A stretch of DNA of 64,000 nucleotides, taken from NCBI GenBank assembly GCA_963796055.1, contig CAWCKH010000004.1, positions 2,528,001 through 2,592,000 of the forward strand. Reading direction: 5' to 3'. The notes beneath the pieces are model-generated. The model worked only from the letters and a program-made list of their open reading frames with translations, was not told the origin of the DNA and did no database searches. Positions 54,098-63,213 of the stretch are shown here, piece by piece (the first letter of the stretch is position 1; the number at the start of each line of letters is the position of its first letter). A program made the translations under genes and the position numbers. The stretch is from an uncultured delta proteobacterium. Its GTDB lineage: Bacteria; Myxococcota; Myxococcia; Myxococcales; Myxococcaceae.

Positions 54098-55695
54098 GAG
54101 CCTGTAGGGCGTAGAGGTCAGGGCGGCGTGATCCGCTGGGCGGCATGAAGACCTGCCGCCCGTGGGCGCCGCTGCAGTCGTACCTGCTCCCGCCGTCGCC
54201 GGCGGACTGGCTCCCGGAGGGGCACCTCGCCTATTTCGTGCTCGAGGTGGTGGACCAGCTCGACGTCGCCGCCATCGAGCGAGCCATTTCCCAGAAGGAC
54301 CCGCGTGGGGAGCGCCCGTACTCGCCGCGGATGTTGCTGGGGCTGCTCATGTACGGCTACTGCGTGGGCCTGTTTTCCTCGCGGAGGCTGGCGCGCGGGA
54401 CGTACGAGGACGTGGCGCTTCGGGTGCTGGCGGGGGAAGAGCATCCGCACTTCACCACCATCAACCAATTCCGGCTGGTGCACCGGACGGCCATCGCCGG
54501 CCTCTTCGTGCAGGTGCTGGAGCTCTGCCGTCGAGCCGGGTTGGTGAAGCTGGGACACGTGGCGCTGGACGGGACGAAGCTGCTGGCCAATGCGAGCAAG
54601 CACAAGGCGATGAGCTACGAGCGGATGAAGAAGGACGAGACGCGGCTGCGAGGAGAAGTGGAGAGCCTGCTCACCCAAGCCGACGCGGTGGACGAAGCCG
54701 AGGACGCCCGCTACGGCAGAGGCATTGCCCCCGACGACTTGCCGGCCGAGTTGCAGCGTCGCGAGACGCGGCTCGAGCGCATTCGGCAGGCCAAGGCAGC
54801 GCTCGAAGAGGAGGCCCGCGCAGCACGGGCCCGGAGACTTCGAGAGAACGCCGAGGGGCTCGAGGCGGACGCGCTGAACGCCCAACTACCCGCCCGCCAG
54901 CGCAAGACAGCAGCCACCCTCGCCAAGCGGAGCGCCGCTCAAGCGGACCTGCTCGACGGCGGACGAAAGGACGACGATGACGACCCGCCCTCAGGCGGTG
55001 CCACCGGCCTACCCACCCATCGGGTGAGGGCTCACGTCGACGGCACTCCGAAGTCGAAGGCACAGCGGAACTTCACCGACCCCGACAGCCGCATCATGGA
55101 GAAGAACGGCAGCTTTCTGCAGGCATACAACGCCCAAGTCGTGGTGGACGAAGCCCACCAAGTCATTCTCGCGCACGGCCTGTCCAACCAGCCGCCCGAC
55201 GTCGAGTACCTCGAGCCACTGCTGAGGGCCGCTGTCGCCAACTGCGGGGCGTCACCGGAGAAGGCCTCTGCGGATTCGGGCTACTTCTCGGCGGAGAACG
55301 TCGCGGCGTGCGACTCCTTGGGCATCTCGGCCTACATCTCCGTCGGTCGCGACGCGCACGACGGGCGCATCACCGACCCACGAACGACTCCGGCGAAGGA
55401 CGCGATGCGGCTGAAGCTCGAGTCGGAGGAGGGCAGAGCCGTGTACGCGCGCCGGAAGGCCATCGTCGAGCCTGTCTTCGGGCAGATGAAGGCAGTCCGC
55501 GGCTTCCGTCGCCTCTCGATGCGGGGCAGGCAGAAGGCAGCGGGCGAGTGGGGCCTCGTTTGCCTCACCCACAACCTCCTGAAGCTCTTCCGGGAGGCCT
55601 GGCTCCCGGCACTCATGCCCGCGTAGCGCCGACGGGCCGCCAGTCAGCCACCGACGGCGCCCGCGCCAACGAGAGCGGCTACGCCCTACAGGCTC
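54098..55695 (+). mobile_element. IS1182-family insertion sequence, copy 1 (1598 bp)
   Basis: Perfect 17-bp TIRs GAGCCTGTAGGGCGTAG / CTACGCCCTACAGGCTC; CTAG at 54094-97 and 55696-99. Confidence 0.93.
54145..55626 (+). CDS. IS1182-family DDE transposase
   Basis: LPEGHLA, YSPRMLL..Y.Y..G.FSSR, ALDGTK..ANAS, TDPDSRIM, YNAQ, ADSGY, RKAIVEPVFG. Confidence 0.93.
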   Translation: MKTCRPWAPLQSYLLPPSPADWLPEGHLAYFVLEVVDQLDVAAIERAISQKDPRGERPYSPRMLLGLLMYGYCVGLFSSRRLARGTYEDVALRVLAGEEHPHFTTINQFRLVHRTAIAGLFVQVLELCRRAGLVKLGHVALDGTKLLANASKHKAMSYERMKKDETRLRGEVESLLTQADAVDEAEDARYGRGIAPDDLPAELQRRETRLERIRQAKAALEEEARAARARRLRENAEGLEADALNAQLPARQRKTAATLAKRSAAQADLLDGGRKDDDDDPPSGGATGLPTHRVRAHVDGTPKSKAQRNFTDPDSRIMEKNGSFLQAYNAQVVVDEAHQVILAHGLSNQPPDVEYLEPLLRAAVANCGASPEKASADSGYFSAENVAACDSLGISAYISVGRDAHDGRITDPRTTPAKDAMRLKLESEEGRAVYARRKAIVEPVFGQMKAVRGFRRLSMRGRQKAAGEWGLVCLTHNLLKLFREAWLPALMPA

Positions 55696-55845
55696 CTAGG
55701 CGCGCTGATTCACCACGTCGAGGAAGGTCGTGGTTCGGCGGGTGGCCAGGACCCAGAGGCAGCGGAAGACGCAGCGGGTGCCGAACTCCCGGTAGATGAG
55801 CCCGAGGTGGCGAACCACGTCTCGATTGGTGATGACGCCGCGCAT
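55696..55845 (-). CDS. Unannotated 49-aa protein
   Basis: MRGVITNRDVVRHLGLIYREFGTRCVFRCLWVLATRRTTTFLDVVNQRA*; GGAGG/GGAG SD upstream; its stop lies in the IS target CTAG. Confidence 0.7.
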   Translation of the reverse strand: MRGVITNRDVVRHLGLIYREFGTRCVFRCLWVLATRRTTTFLDVVNQRA

Positions 55846-55883
55846 CTCTCCGAACACCTCCGAACCAACCGTCCCTTCTCCTA

Positions 55884-55899
55884 AGCAATCGGCGGGCCA
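55884..55899 (-). promoter_or_regulatory. Putative sigma54 -24/-12 promoter of the 49-aa gene
   Basis: Minus strand TGGCCCGCCGATTGCT (GG-N10-GC), ending about 40 nt upstream of the ATG. Confidence 0.6.
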
Positions 55900-56034
55900 G
55901 GGCTCGGACTACGGAGTTCCGCGGGGTTCGCTACGAGGAGCAGCCCGTCCTGCCCAAAGGTGTCCGGATTGCCGGGTCCGTTTCACCTGACGGTGTCTGG
56001 GAATGACCCAGTGGGCGCGCAGATGGGCGAGTGT

Positions 56035-56991
56035 TCAGAGGTAGCCGTGCATCTGTAAGTTCTTCTGGATGCGGGCCTCGACGTCGCCCGCGACCGGCTT
56101 CAGCGCCGTCCCGGTGATCTCCGCGTAGGCACCCAGGTACAGCTCGGCGGTCTTCACCCGCACGTCCTCGGGGATGACCGGGAGCGGGCCGTGACCGCTG
56201 AAGCCCTTCTCGCGGATCAGCCACTGGCGGACATTCTCCTTGTCGAGCATCGCCTGGTCGGCGCCGGAGGCGAACCGCTCCTCGTAGCTGGCGGCCCGCC
56301 AGAACCGCGAGCTGTCCGGGGTGTGCATCTCGTCGATGACGTAGAGCGTGTCCCCCACTGCCCCGAACTCGTACTTGGTGTCCACGAGCAGCAGCCCGCG
56401 GCTGAGGCACCACGCCTGTCCGGCCCGGAACAGGGCCAGCGCCGCCTCGCGGATGCGAGCCCACTCGCGTGCGGGCACGATGCCACGGCGAACGACCTCG
56501 GCCTCCGAGAGCGGCTCGTCGTGCTCGCCCACCGGCGCCTTGGTCGACGGGGTGAGGATGGGCTCGGGGAACGGGGCGTCCTTCCTCATGTCCGGCGGGA
56601 TGTCGAGGCCGTAGGCGGTGTGAGCCCCCTTCTGCACGTCGCGCCAGAGGCTCCCGGTCAGGTAGCCGCGGACCACCACCTCGACCGGGTAGGGCTTGGT
56701 CGCCCGGGCGACGGTGACGTTGGGGTCGGGTGTGTCCAGCACGTGGTTGCGCACCACGTCCTTCGTCTTCTCGAACCAGAACTGGGCGATGCGGTTGAGC
56801 ACCTCACCCTTGAAGGGAATGGTGGTGAGCACGCGGTCGAAGGCGCTGAGCCGGTCGGTGGCGACGAGGAACAGCCGGTCGCGCTGGCGGTACACGTCGC
56901 GCACCTTGCCGCGGTAGCGCTCACCGAGGGCGTCGAGGTGGGTTTCGGCCAGGGTGTGCCCGAGCTGCTCGGAGAGGACGGGATCCGCCAA
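56035..56991 (-). CDS. purC: SAICAR synthetase (TTG start assumed)
   Basis: [52 protein letters not shown]. Confidence 0.95.
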   Translation of the reverse strand: MADPVLSEQLGHTLAETHLDALGERYRGKVRDVYRQRDRLFLVATDRLSAFDRVLTTIPFKGEVLNRIAQFWFEKTKDVVRNHVLDTPDPNVTVARATKPYPVEVVVRGYLTGSLWRDVQKGAHTAYGLDIPPDMRKDAPFPEPILTPSTKAPVGEHDEPLSEAEVVRRGIVPAREWARIREAALALFRAGQAWCLSRGLLLVDTKYEFGAVGDTLYVIDEMHTPDSSRFWRAASYEERFASGADQAMLDKENVRQWLIREKGFSGHGPLPVIPEDVRVKTAELYLGAYAEITGTALKPVAGDVEARIQKNLQMHGYL

Positions 56992-57002
56992 GTCGGGATG
57001 CC

Positions 57003-57566
57003 TCAGCGCGCGTCGGCCGGAGCCGCCGCGAGGTAGAGGAGGGCGGGATTCAGCCGGAGGACGCCCTCCGCATAGGCCGCCGCGTAGGGAGCGCCCGCGG
57101 CGCGCTCGACGCGGAGCGCGGCCCGCGGCCGCAGACCCCAGCGCGTGGCGAGTGACCGGGCGACCATCTCCGCCGCCTCGCGCTCGCTGAGCCCCTGAAG
57201 GGCCTCCCGGCGCTCGCTGGGCCACCGGTCCGACAGCGCGGCGTCCAGGTTGAGGACCAGCGGGTCACCGCCGTCGGCGACGTCGAGGAGGTCGAGCCGT
57301 CCCTCCAGCGGAGGCGCCGCCCGCACTTCCCCATCCTGGACGAGGGGGAAGAGCGCCAGCAGGCCATCCGGGGTGCCAGCGCCGCTCGCCCGGAGGAGAG
57401 AGTGGAACAGCTCGGCCCGCGCCTGGACGCTGAGCGCCTCGATCTGCTCCGGAGGCTCGAGCAGCACCTGCCGGACCGAGGGCAGGCTCGGCGGAGGCGC
57501 ACCCATACCCACCTCGCCACAGGCGGCGAGCAGAAGGCAGGGCAGGAGCAGGGCGATTCGTCTCAT
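57003..57566 (-). CDS. Hypothetical lipoprotein
   Basis: MRRIALLLPCLLLAAC lipobox. Confidence 0.7.
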   Translation of the reverse strand: MRRIALLLPCLLLAACGEVGMGAPPPSLPSVRQVLLEPPEQIEALSVQARAELFHSLLRASGAGTPDGLLALFPLVQDGEVRAAPPLEGRLDLLDVADGGDPLVLNLDAALSDRWPSERREALQGLSEREAAEMVARSLATRWGLRPRAALRVERAAGAPYAAAYAEGVLRLNPALLYLAAAPADAR

Positions 57567-57640
57567 CGCGGGAAGGCGGCCAACCACCTTACCAACGTGC
57601 CGATTGAGGGGGAAAGTCACGAGTGGAGGGCGCCACCGGC

Positions 57641-58369
57641 ATGTTGCTCCGTCGCCAGCTACGCGTCGTGCTGCATCAGATCCAGTCGGCCGAGAATCTT
57701 GGCGCGGTGGCCCGGCTGCTGGCCAACTTCGAGTTTCCGGTGCTCCGGCTGTCCGACCCACGGCTGGAGGACACCGCGGCGGCGCAACGTACCGCGGTGC
57801 ACGCAGGGCACGTGCTGGAGTCGGCCGAGCGGCTGTCCCGACTCGAGGACGCGGTGGCGGACGCGGTCTACGTGCTCGGAACAAGTGGGCGTGACGCGCT
57901 CCGTGGCCGGACGCCGGTGGGCCCCGAGGAGGGGGTCGCACGTCTGCAGGCGGCGGCGGCGCGGGGCCCCGTGGCGCTGGTGCTCGGCGGAGAGCGGCGG
58001 GGGCTGTCCGACGAGGAGCTCGCGCTCTGTCAGGACGTGGCCTGCATCCCGGCGCCCGGACCCCAGCCGTCGTTGAACGTGGCCCAGGCCGCGGCGGTGC
58101 TTCTCTACCTCGCGTCGCGGACGGACGAGGCCCCGCCGCCGGCGGTCACTCCTGACCCGGGTGCACCCCAGGCGCTGCGCGCGGTGCTCCGTCGGCGGAT
58201 GGAGCGGGCCCTGCGCGCGGCGGACGGCCTGAATCCCCAGTCACCCCTGCCGGTGCTCGACGAGATGCTCAGGGCGCTGGACCGGGCGCAGCTGTCCCGG
58301 CGCGAGGCGGAGCTGTGGGCGGCGGCCTGGAAGCAGGTGGCACGCGCCGCCGGAGCGCCGGGCGACTAG
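57641..58369 (+). CDS. TrmJ/LasT-family SPOUT RNA methyltransferase
   Basis: ENLGAVARLLANF, VLGGERRGLS, SLNVAQA. Confidence 0.88.
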   Translation: MLLRRQLRVVLHQIQSAENLGAVARLLANFEFPVLRLSDPRLEDTAAAQRTAVHAGHVLESAERLSRLEDAVADAVYVLGTSGRDALRGRTPVGPEEGVARLQAAAARGPVALVLGGERRGLSDEELALCQDVACIPAPGPQPSLNVAQAAAVLLYLASRTDEAPPPAVTPDPGAPQALRAVLRRRMERALRAADGLNPQSPLPVLDEMLRALDRAQLSRREAELWAAAWKQVARAAGAPGD

Positions 58370-59966
58370 GAGCCTGTAGGGCGTAGAGGTCAGGGCGGCG
58401 TGATCCGCTGGGCGGCATGAAGACCTGCCGCCCGTGGGCGCCGCTGCAGTCGTACCTGCTCCCGCCGTCGCCGGCGGACTGGCTCCCGGAGGGGCACCTC
58501 GCCTATTTCGTGCTCGAGGTGGTGGACCAGCTCGACGTCGCCGCCATCGAGCGAGCCATTTCCCAGAAGGACCCGCGTGGGGAGCGCCCGTACTCGCCGC
58601 GGATGTTGCTGGGCTGCTCATGTACGGCTACTGCGTGGGCCTGTTTTCCTCGCGGAGGCTGGCGCGCGGGACGTACGAGGACGTGGCGCTTCGGGTGCTG
58701 GCGGGGGAAGAGCATCCGCACTTCACCACCATCAACCAATTCCGGCTGGTGCACCGGACGGCCATCGCCGGCCTCTTCGTGCAGGTGCTGGAGCTCTGCC
58801 GTCGAGCCGGGTTGGTGAAGCTGGGACACGTGGCGCTGGACGGGACGAAGCTGCTGGCCAATGCGAGCAAGCACAAGGCGATGAGCTACGAGCGGATGAA
58901 GAAGGACGAGACGCGGCTGCGAGGAGAAGTGGAGAGCCTGCTCACCCAAGCCGACGCGGTGGACGAAGCCGAGGACGCCCGCTACGGCAGAGGCATTGCC
59001 CCCGACGACTTGCCGGCCGAGTTGCAGCGTCGCGAGACGCGGCTCGAGCGCATTCGGCAGGCCAAGGCAGCGCTCGAAGAGGAGGCCCGCGCAGCACGGG
59101 CCCGGAGACTTCGAGAGAACGCCGAGGGGCTCGAGGCGGACGCGCTGAACGCCCAACTACCCGCCCGCCAGCGCAAGACAGCAGCCACCCTCGCCAAGCG
59201 GAGCGCCGCTCAAGCGGACCTGCTCGACGGCGGACGAAAGGACGACGATGACGACCCGCCCTCAGGCGGTGCCACCGGCCTACCCACCCATCGGGTGAGG
59301 GCTCACGTCGACGGCACTCCGAAGTCGAAGGCACAGCGGAACTTCACCGACCCCGACAGCCGCATCATGGAGAAGAACGGCAGCTTTCTGCAGGCATACA
59401 ACGCCCAAGTCGTGGTGGACGAAGCCCACCAAGTCATTCTCGCGCACGGCCTGTCCAACCAGCCGCCCGACGTCGAGTACCTCGAGCCACTGCTGAGGGC
59501 CGCTGTCGCCAACTGCGGGGCGTCACCGGAGAAGGCCTCTGCGGATTCGGGCTACTTCTCGGCGGAGAACGTCGCGGCGTGCGACTCCTTGGGCATCTCG
59601 GCCTACATCTCCGTCGGTCGCGACGCGCACGACGGGCGCATCACCGACCCACGAACGACTCCGGCGAAGGACGCGATGCGGCTGAAGCTCGAGTCGGAGG
59701 AGGGCAGAGCCGTGTACGCGCGCCGGAAGGCCATCGTCGAGCCTGTCTTCGGGCAGATGAAGGCAGTCCGCGGCTTCCGTCGCCTCTCGATGCGGGGCAG
59801 GCAGAAGGCAGCGGGCGAGTGGGGCCTCGTTTGCCTCACCCACAACCTCCTGAAGCTCTTCCGGGAGGCCTGGCTCCCGGCACTCATGCCCGCGTAGCGC
59901 CGACGGGCCGCCAGTCAGCCACCGACGGCGCCCGCGCCAACGAGAGCGGCTACGCCCTACAGGCTC
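58370..59966 (+). mobile_element. IS1182-family insertion sequence, copy 2 (1597 bp)
   Basis: Same TIRs as copy 1; CTAG at 58366-69 and 59967-70; appears identical to copy 1 except for one missing G. Confidence 0.93.
58417..59897 (+). pseudogene. IS1182 transposase, frameshifted at 58611-58613 (GGG versus GGGG in copy 1)
   Basis: The ORF track splits it into 58417..58818 and 58434..59897. Confidence 0.8.
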
Positions 59967-59982
59967 CTAGCGGGGTGGCTGC

Positions 59983-60084
59983 TCAGACGGACCTCCGGCG
60001 GAATCGCCGCGCGACGAGCACCCCCAGCGTGGCGCTCGACACGGCCGACCAGAAGATCACGAACGACAGCGTCGCACCATCCAT
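59983..60084 (-). CDS. Possible 33-aa single-pass membrane peptide
   Basis: MDGATLSFVIFWSAVSSATLGVLVARRFRRRSV*: hydrophobic helix plus Arg-rich tail. Confidence 0.35.
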   Translation of the reverse strand: MDGATLSFVIFWSAVSSATLGVLVARRFRRRSV

Positions 60085-60173
60085 TGCAGACCCCCGACCC
60101 GCCTCGACCAGCGGACGAGATGACAACGGGATCGTAATCTTGCAACTGGCTCTGGCAAAAAAAGGAATCACCG

Positions 60174-60725
60174 TCATCGCGAACGCTCGAACTCGGGCCG
60201 CAACAGGCCAAAAACGAGCAATTCCTCGCGGCTTCCATCCTCGTTGAGCGTCCGGTCGCGGAGCCTGCCCTCCAGGCGGAAACCGAGCCGTTCGGCGAGC
60301 CGGAGCGAGGCCACGTTCCCCGGGTCGATGCGCGCCTCCATCCGGTGCAGCTCGAGCGCCTCGAACCCGTGCCGGACGAGGACTGGCAGGACCTCGCGCA
60401 TCAGACCCTGCCCCCAGCGCGCCGGCGCCAGCACGTAGCCCAGCTCGGCGGACTGGTGCGGGACGTCCCAGCGGAAGAATCCGAGGTACGCCAGCGCGCG
60501 GTCGGCTCCGGGATCGGTCATCACCCAGAACGCCGCCTCGCCGCGCTCGATGTCCTCGCGCATGCGCACCAGGCGCGTCTGCACCTGCTCCAGGGTCTGT
60601 ACCGGGCGTCCGAGGTAACGCACTCCCTGGGCGTCGCCGTAGATGTCGAGCAGCGCCTCGGCGTCCTCGAGGCGAACCTCACGGAGCCGCGCGCGAGGGG
60701 TGTGCAGCTCCGGGACGGGAGACAT
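60174..60725 (-). CDS. RimJ/RimL-family GNAT acetyltransferase
   Basis: AELGYVL..WGQGL, LHRMEA, NVASLRLAERLGF..EG. Confidence 0.9.
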   Translation of the reverse strand: MSPVPELHTPRARLREVRLEDAEALLDIYGDAQGVRYLGRPVQTLEQVQTRLVRMREDIERGEAAFWVMTDPGADRALAYLGFFRWDVPHQSAELGYVLAPARWGQGLMREVLPVLVRHGFEALELHRMEARIDPGNVASLRLAERLGFRLEGRLRDRTLNEDGSREELLVFGLLRPEFERSR

Positions 60726-60736
60726 CGGGCCTCGGA

Positions 60737-61009
60737 TCAGCCGGCGGACTGGCCGCCCTTGGCCCCGTAGGTCTCGGCCTCGTGCTTCTCGCACAGGCCG
60801 TGGCGCACCGCCTTGCTGCGGCAGTCGGCCTTGCTACATGTCCGGTATCGGCTGTGCGGCAGCTCGCCTTGCCGCCACTTCTTGAAGTGGAAGTAGCAGT
60901 AGCCCTTCGCGCGGTAGGGGCGCTTGCACCCCTCGACGCTGCAGGCGTTCTCCGGCCTACCCTTGGCGCGGCGGTCCCAGCCCTTCTTCTCGGTGGTGGT
61001 GGCAGGCAT
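60737..61009 (-). CDS. Small basic Cys/His-rich protein (myxobacterial 'vegetative protein'-like)
   Basis: Two C-x4-C...G-x-C-x2-H repeats (CSVEGC..GYCYFH; CSKADC..GLCEKH). Confidence 0.78.
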   Translation of the reverse strand: MPATTTEKKGWDRRAKGRPENACSVEGCKRPYRAKGYCYFHFKKWRQGELPHSRYRTCSKADCRSKAVRHGLCEKHEAETYGAKGGQSAG

Positions 61010-61117
61010 TCGCCGCTCCATAGCGGGACGGTGGCACGTGCTGCAAGCGAGTAGGAGCTGCCCCCAAAAGGGTTGACACCGCCGGGCGGGACCGACACAT
61101 CCGCCCCTCCGCCCACG

Positions 61118-63187
61118 ATGTCAGCGGTCGATCCACAGCGGGCCATCGCCGAGGAGGAGGCGCTCCTAGAGCGCGTCCGGACCGCGCTGGGCTCGGCGCA
61201 GACCCGCCGCGCCCGGGCCGCGGGGCCGAGCCGCGAGACGCTCCAGGCGCTCCGCGAGGACGCGGCGAGCGCCCACGAGGAGGACGCCGCGCCGCTCCTG
61301 CACGAGCTCGCCGTCCAACACCAGCTCGGCGGCCGGGCCCCTCCGGTGCTGCCGGACCCGGCCTCGCCCTACGTCGCGCACCTGGCCGTCAACGAGCAGG
61401 GGCGCCGCCGGGACTACCTGCTCGGGCATGCCACCTTCGTCGACCCGGAGGCGGACGTCTGGGTGGTGGACTGGCGCGTGGCTCCCGTCGCCCAGCTGTT
61501 CTACCGCTACCGCGAAGGCGACACGTTCGAGGAGTCGTTCCCCGGCCGCGAGGCGAGCGGGGTGGTGGAGGCCCGGCGGGTCCTGGTCGTGCACCGGGGG
61601 CGCCTCCTCCAGGTCCTGGGCGAGGGATTCCAGGCGCGGCGCCGGCCGGACGACAGCTGGGCCATCGGTGGCAGCGAGGTCCTGGTGGCGGGCGGCGCAG
61701 GCACTGCCCCGAGGGCGGGGCACCTGGGGCTGGGGATCGGCACCGAGGAGCGCGGGACGCGTGCGGATGTGACGGCACTCCTGGACGCGGACCAGTACGC
61801 GGCGGTGCGCGCGCCCGCCGACGAGCCGCTGGTGGTCCTCGGCAGCGCGGGCAGCGGGAAGACCACCGTCGCCCTCCACCGGCTGGCACGCCTCGCCGCC
61901 GCCGAGCCCGGGCGCGTCCCTCTGGGCAAGGCGCGGGTCGTCGTCCCCGAGGAGGGACTGGCGCGGCTCTCGGCCCGGCTGCTGGCTCCGCTCGGCGGAG
62001 GTGCGGCGCGGGTCCAGACGCTCGACGCGGCGTTTCTCGAGCTCGGCCGGCGGGTGTTCGGTCCGCTCCCGCGCATCGTCGACGACCCGCCGGCGCTGGT
62101 GACCGCGGTGAAGCGCCACCCCGCGCTGTACGACGCGCTCCGTTCGCGGCTCGGCCGTCGGCGTGGCAGCGGCGCTCCGAGCTGGAGGCGGCTCCAGCGC
62201 GAGCTGTCCGTTCCTCTCACCGACCGCACCTTCCTCGAGGGCGTCGTCGCCCGCGCTGCCGGCACGCTGCCCCGGACCGTGGTGGAGGAGACGGTTCGCC
62301 ACACCCTGCGCCAGCTCGCGGATCCCACCAGCCGGCTGCTGGCCTCCATCACCGACGAATCCCGGAAGGAGGCGGTGGACGGGCGCCCCATCGACGAGGG
62401 GACGGACGACGCGCTCGCCGGGACGCTCGACGTCGAGGACCTGCCGCTGCTGCTCGCCATCGCTGCCTGGCGCGGCCAGCTCTCCTTGCCCCAGGCCTCG
62501 CATCTGGTCGCCGACGAGGCCGAGGACTTCTCGCTCTTCGACCTCGAGGCGCTGGCCAGCCTGCTGCGCGGCACCCGCTCGGTGACGGTGGCCGGGGACG
62601 AGGCGCAGCAGACCTCGCCGAGCTTCGCCGGGTGGGACCGGGCGCTGGAGACGCTCGGGGCTTCCGGCGCCGCCCGGGTGCGGCTTCCGGTCTCCTACCG
62701 CTGCCCGAAGCCCATCGCCGACCTGGCCCGGGCCATCCTCGGGCCGCTCGCTCCGCCGCAGCCCGTCCGCGCCGCCCGCGACGGAGCGCCGGTGGGCCGG
62801 TCCTCGTTCCCCGGGGAGCCCCAGGCGCACCTCTTCCTCGCCGGGGTGCTGCGCGAGCTGCTCGAGGCCGAGCCGCACGCCGCGGTGGCGGTCATCTGCC
62901 ACGATGCCGGTACCGCGCGGCGTGTCGCCGGCGTGGTCTCCGAGCTTCCCGCGAGCCGCCTGGTGCTCGACGGCCGGTTCAGCTTCGAGCCCGGGCTCGA
63001 CGTCACCGACGTGGACAGCGTGAAGGGGCTGGAGTGGGACTACGTGGTGGTCCCCGATGTGGTCGAGTCCGCGTGGCCCCTCTCGGACGACGGGCGACGG
63101 CGTCTGCACGTCGCGGTCACCCGCGCCTCCTGGCAGCTGTGGCTCGTGTCTCCCGGGACTCCCAGCCGGCTGCTCCCGCCGGCCTGA
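61118..63187 (+). CDS. HelD-like SF1/UvrD ATPase
   Basis: PYVAHL, VVDWRVAPVAQLFY, GSAGSGKTTVALHR, DEAED, GDEAQ, SYRC, KGLEWD, LHVAVTRA. Confidence 0.85.
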   Translation: MSAVDPQRAIAEEEALLERVRTALGSAQTRRARAAGPSRETLQALREDAASAHEEDAAPLLHELAVQHQLGGRAPPVLPDPASPYVAHLAVNEQGRRRDYLLGHATFVDPEADVWVVDWRVAPVAQLFYRYREGDTFEESFPGREASGVVEARRVLVVHRGRLLQVLGEGFQARRRPDDSWAIGGSEVLVAGGAGTAPRAGHLGLGIGTEERGTRADVTALLDADQYAAVRAPADEPLVVLGSAGSGKTTVALHRLARLAAAEPGRVPLGKARVVVPEEGLARLSARLLAPLGGGAARVQTLDAAFLELGRRVFGPLPRIVDDPPALVTAVKRHPALYDALRSRLGRRRGSGAPSWRRLQRELSVPLTDRTFLEGVVARAAGTLPRTVVEETVRHTLRQLADPTSRLLASITDESRKEAVDGRPIDEGTDDALAGTLDVEDLPLLLAIAAWRGQLSLPQASHLVADEAEDFSLFDLEALASLLRGTRSVTVAGDEAQQTSPSFAGWDRALETLGASGAARVRLPVSYRCPKPIADLARAILGPLAPPQPVRAARDGAPVGRSSFPGEPQAHLFLAGVLRELLEAEPHAAVAVICHDAGTARRVAGVVSELPASRLVLDGRFSFEPGLDVTDVDSVKGLEWDYVVVPDVVESAWPLSDDGRRRLHVAVTRASWQLWLVSPGTPSRLLPPA

Positions 63188-63213
63188 ACGGGCCTGGCGG
63201 CGGCGAGGCGAGC

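Noticed and set aside
58600..58620. Programmed frameshift in the IS copy 2 transposase
   Set aside because: Copy 1 is a single uninterrupted ORF; the difference is one G in a short run, so a point lesion or sequencing error.
61032..61048. TGGCACGTGCTGCA as a sigma54 promoter (also TGGCACG near 29600)
   Set aside because: GG-to-GC spacing is 8 or 12 rather than 10, and the 29600 site has no TTGC.
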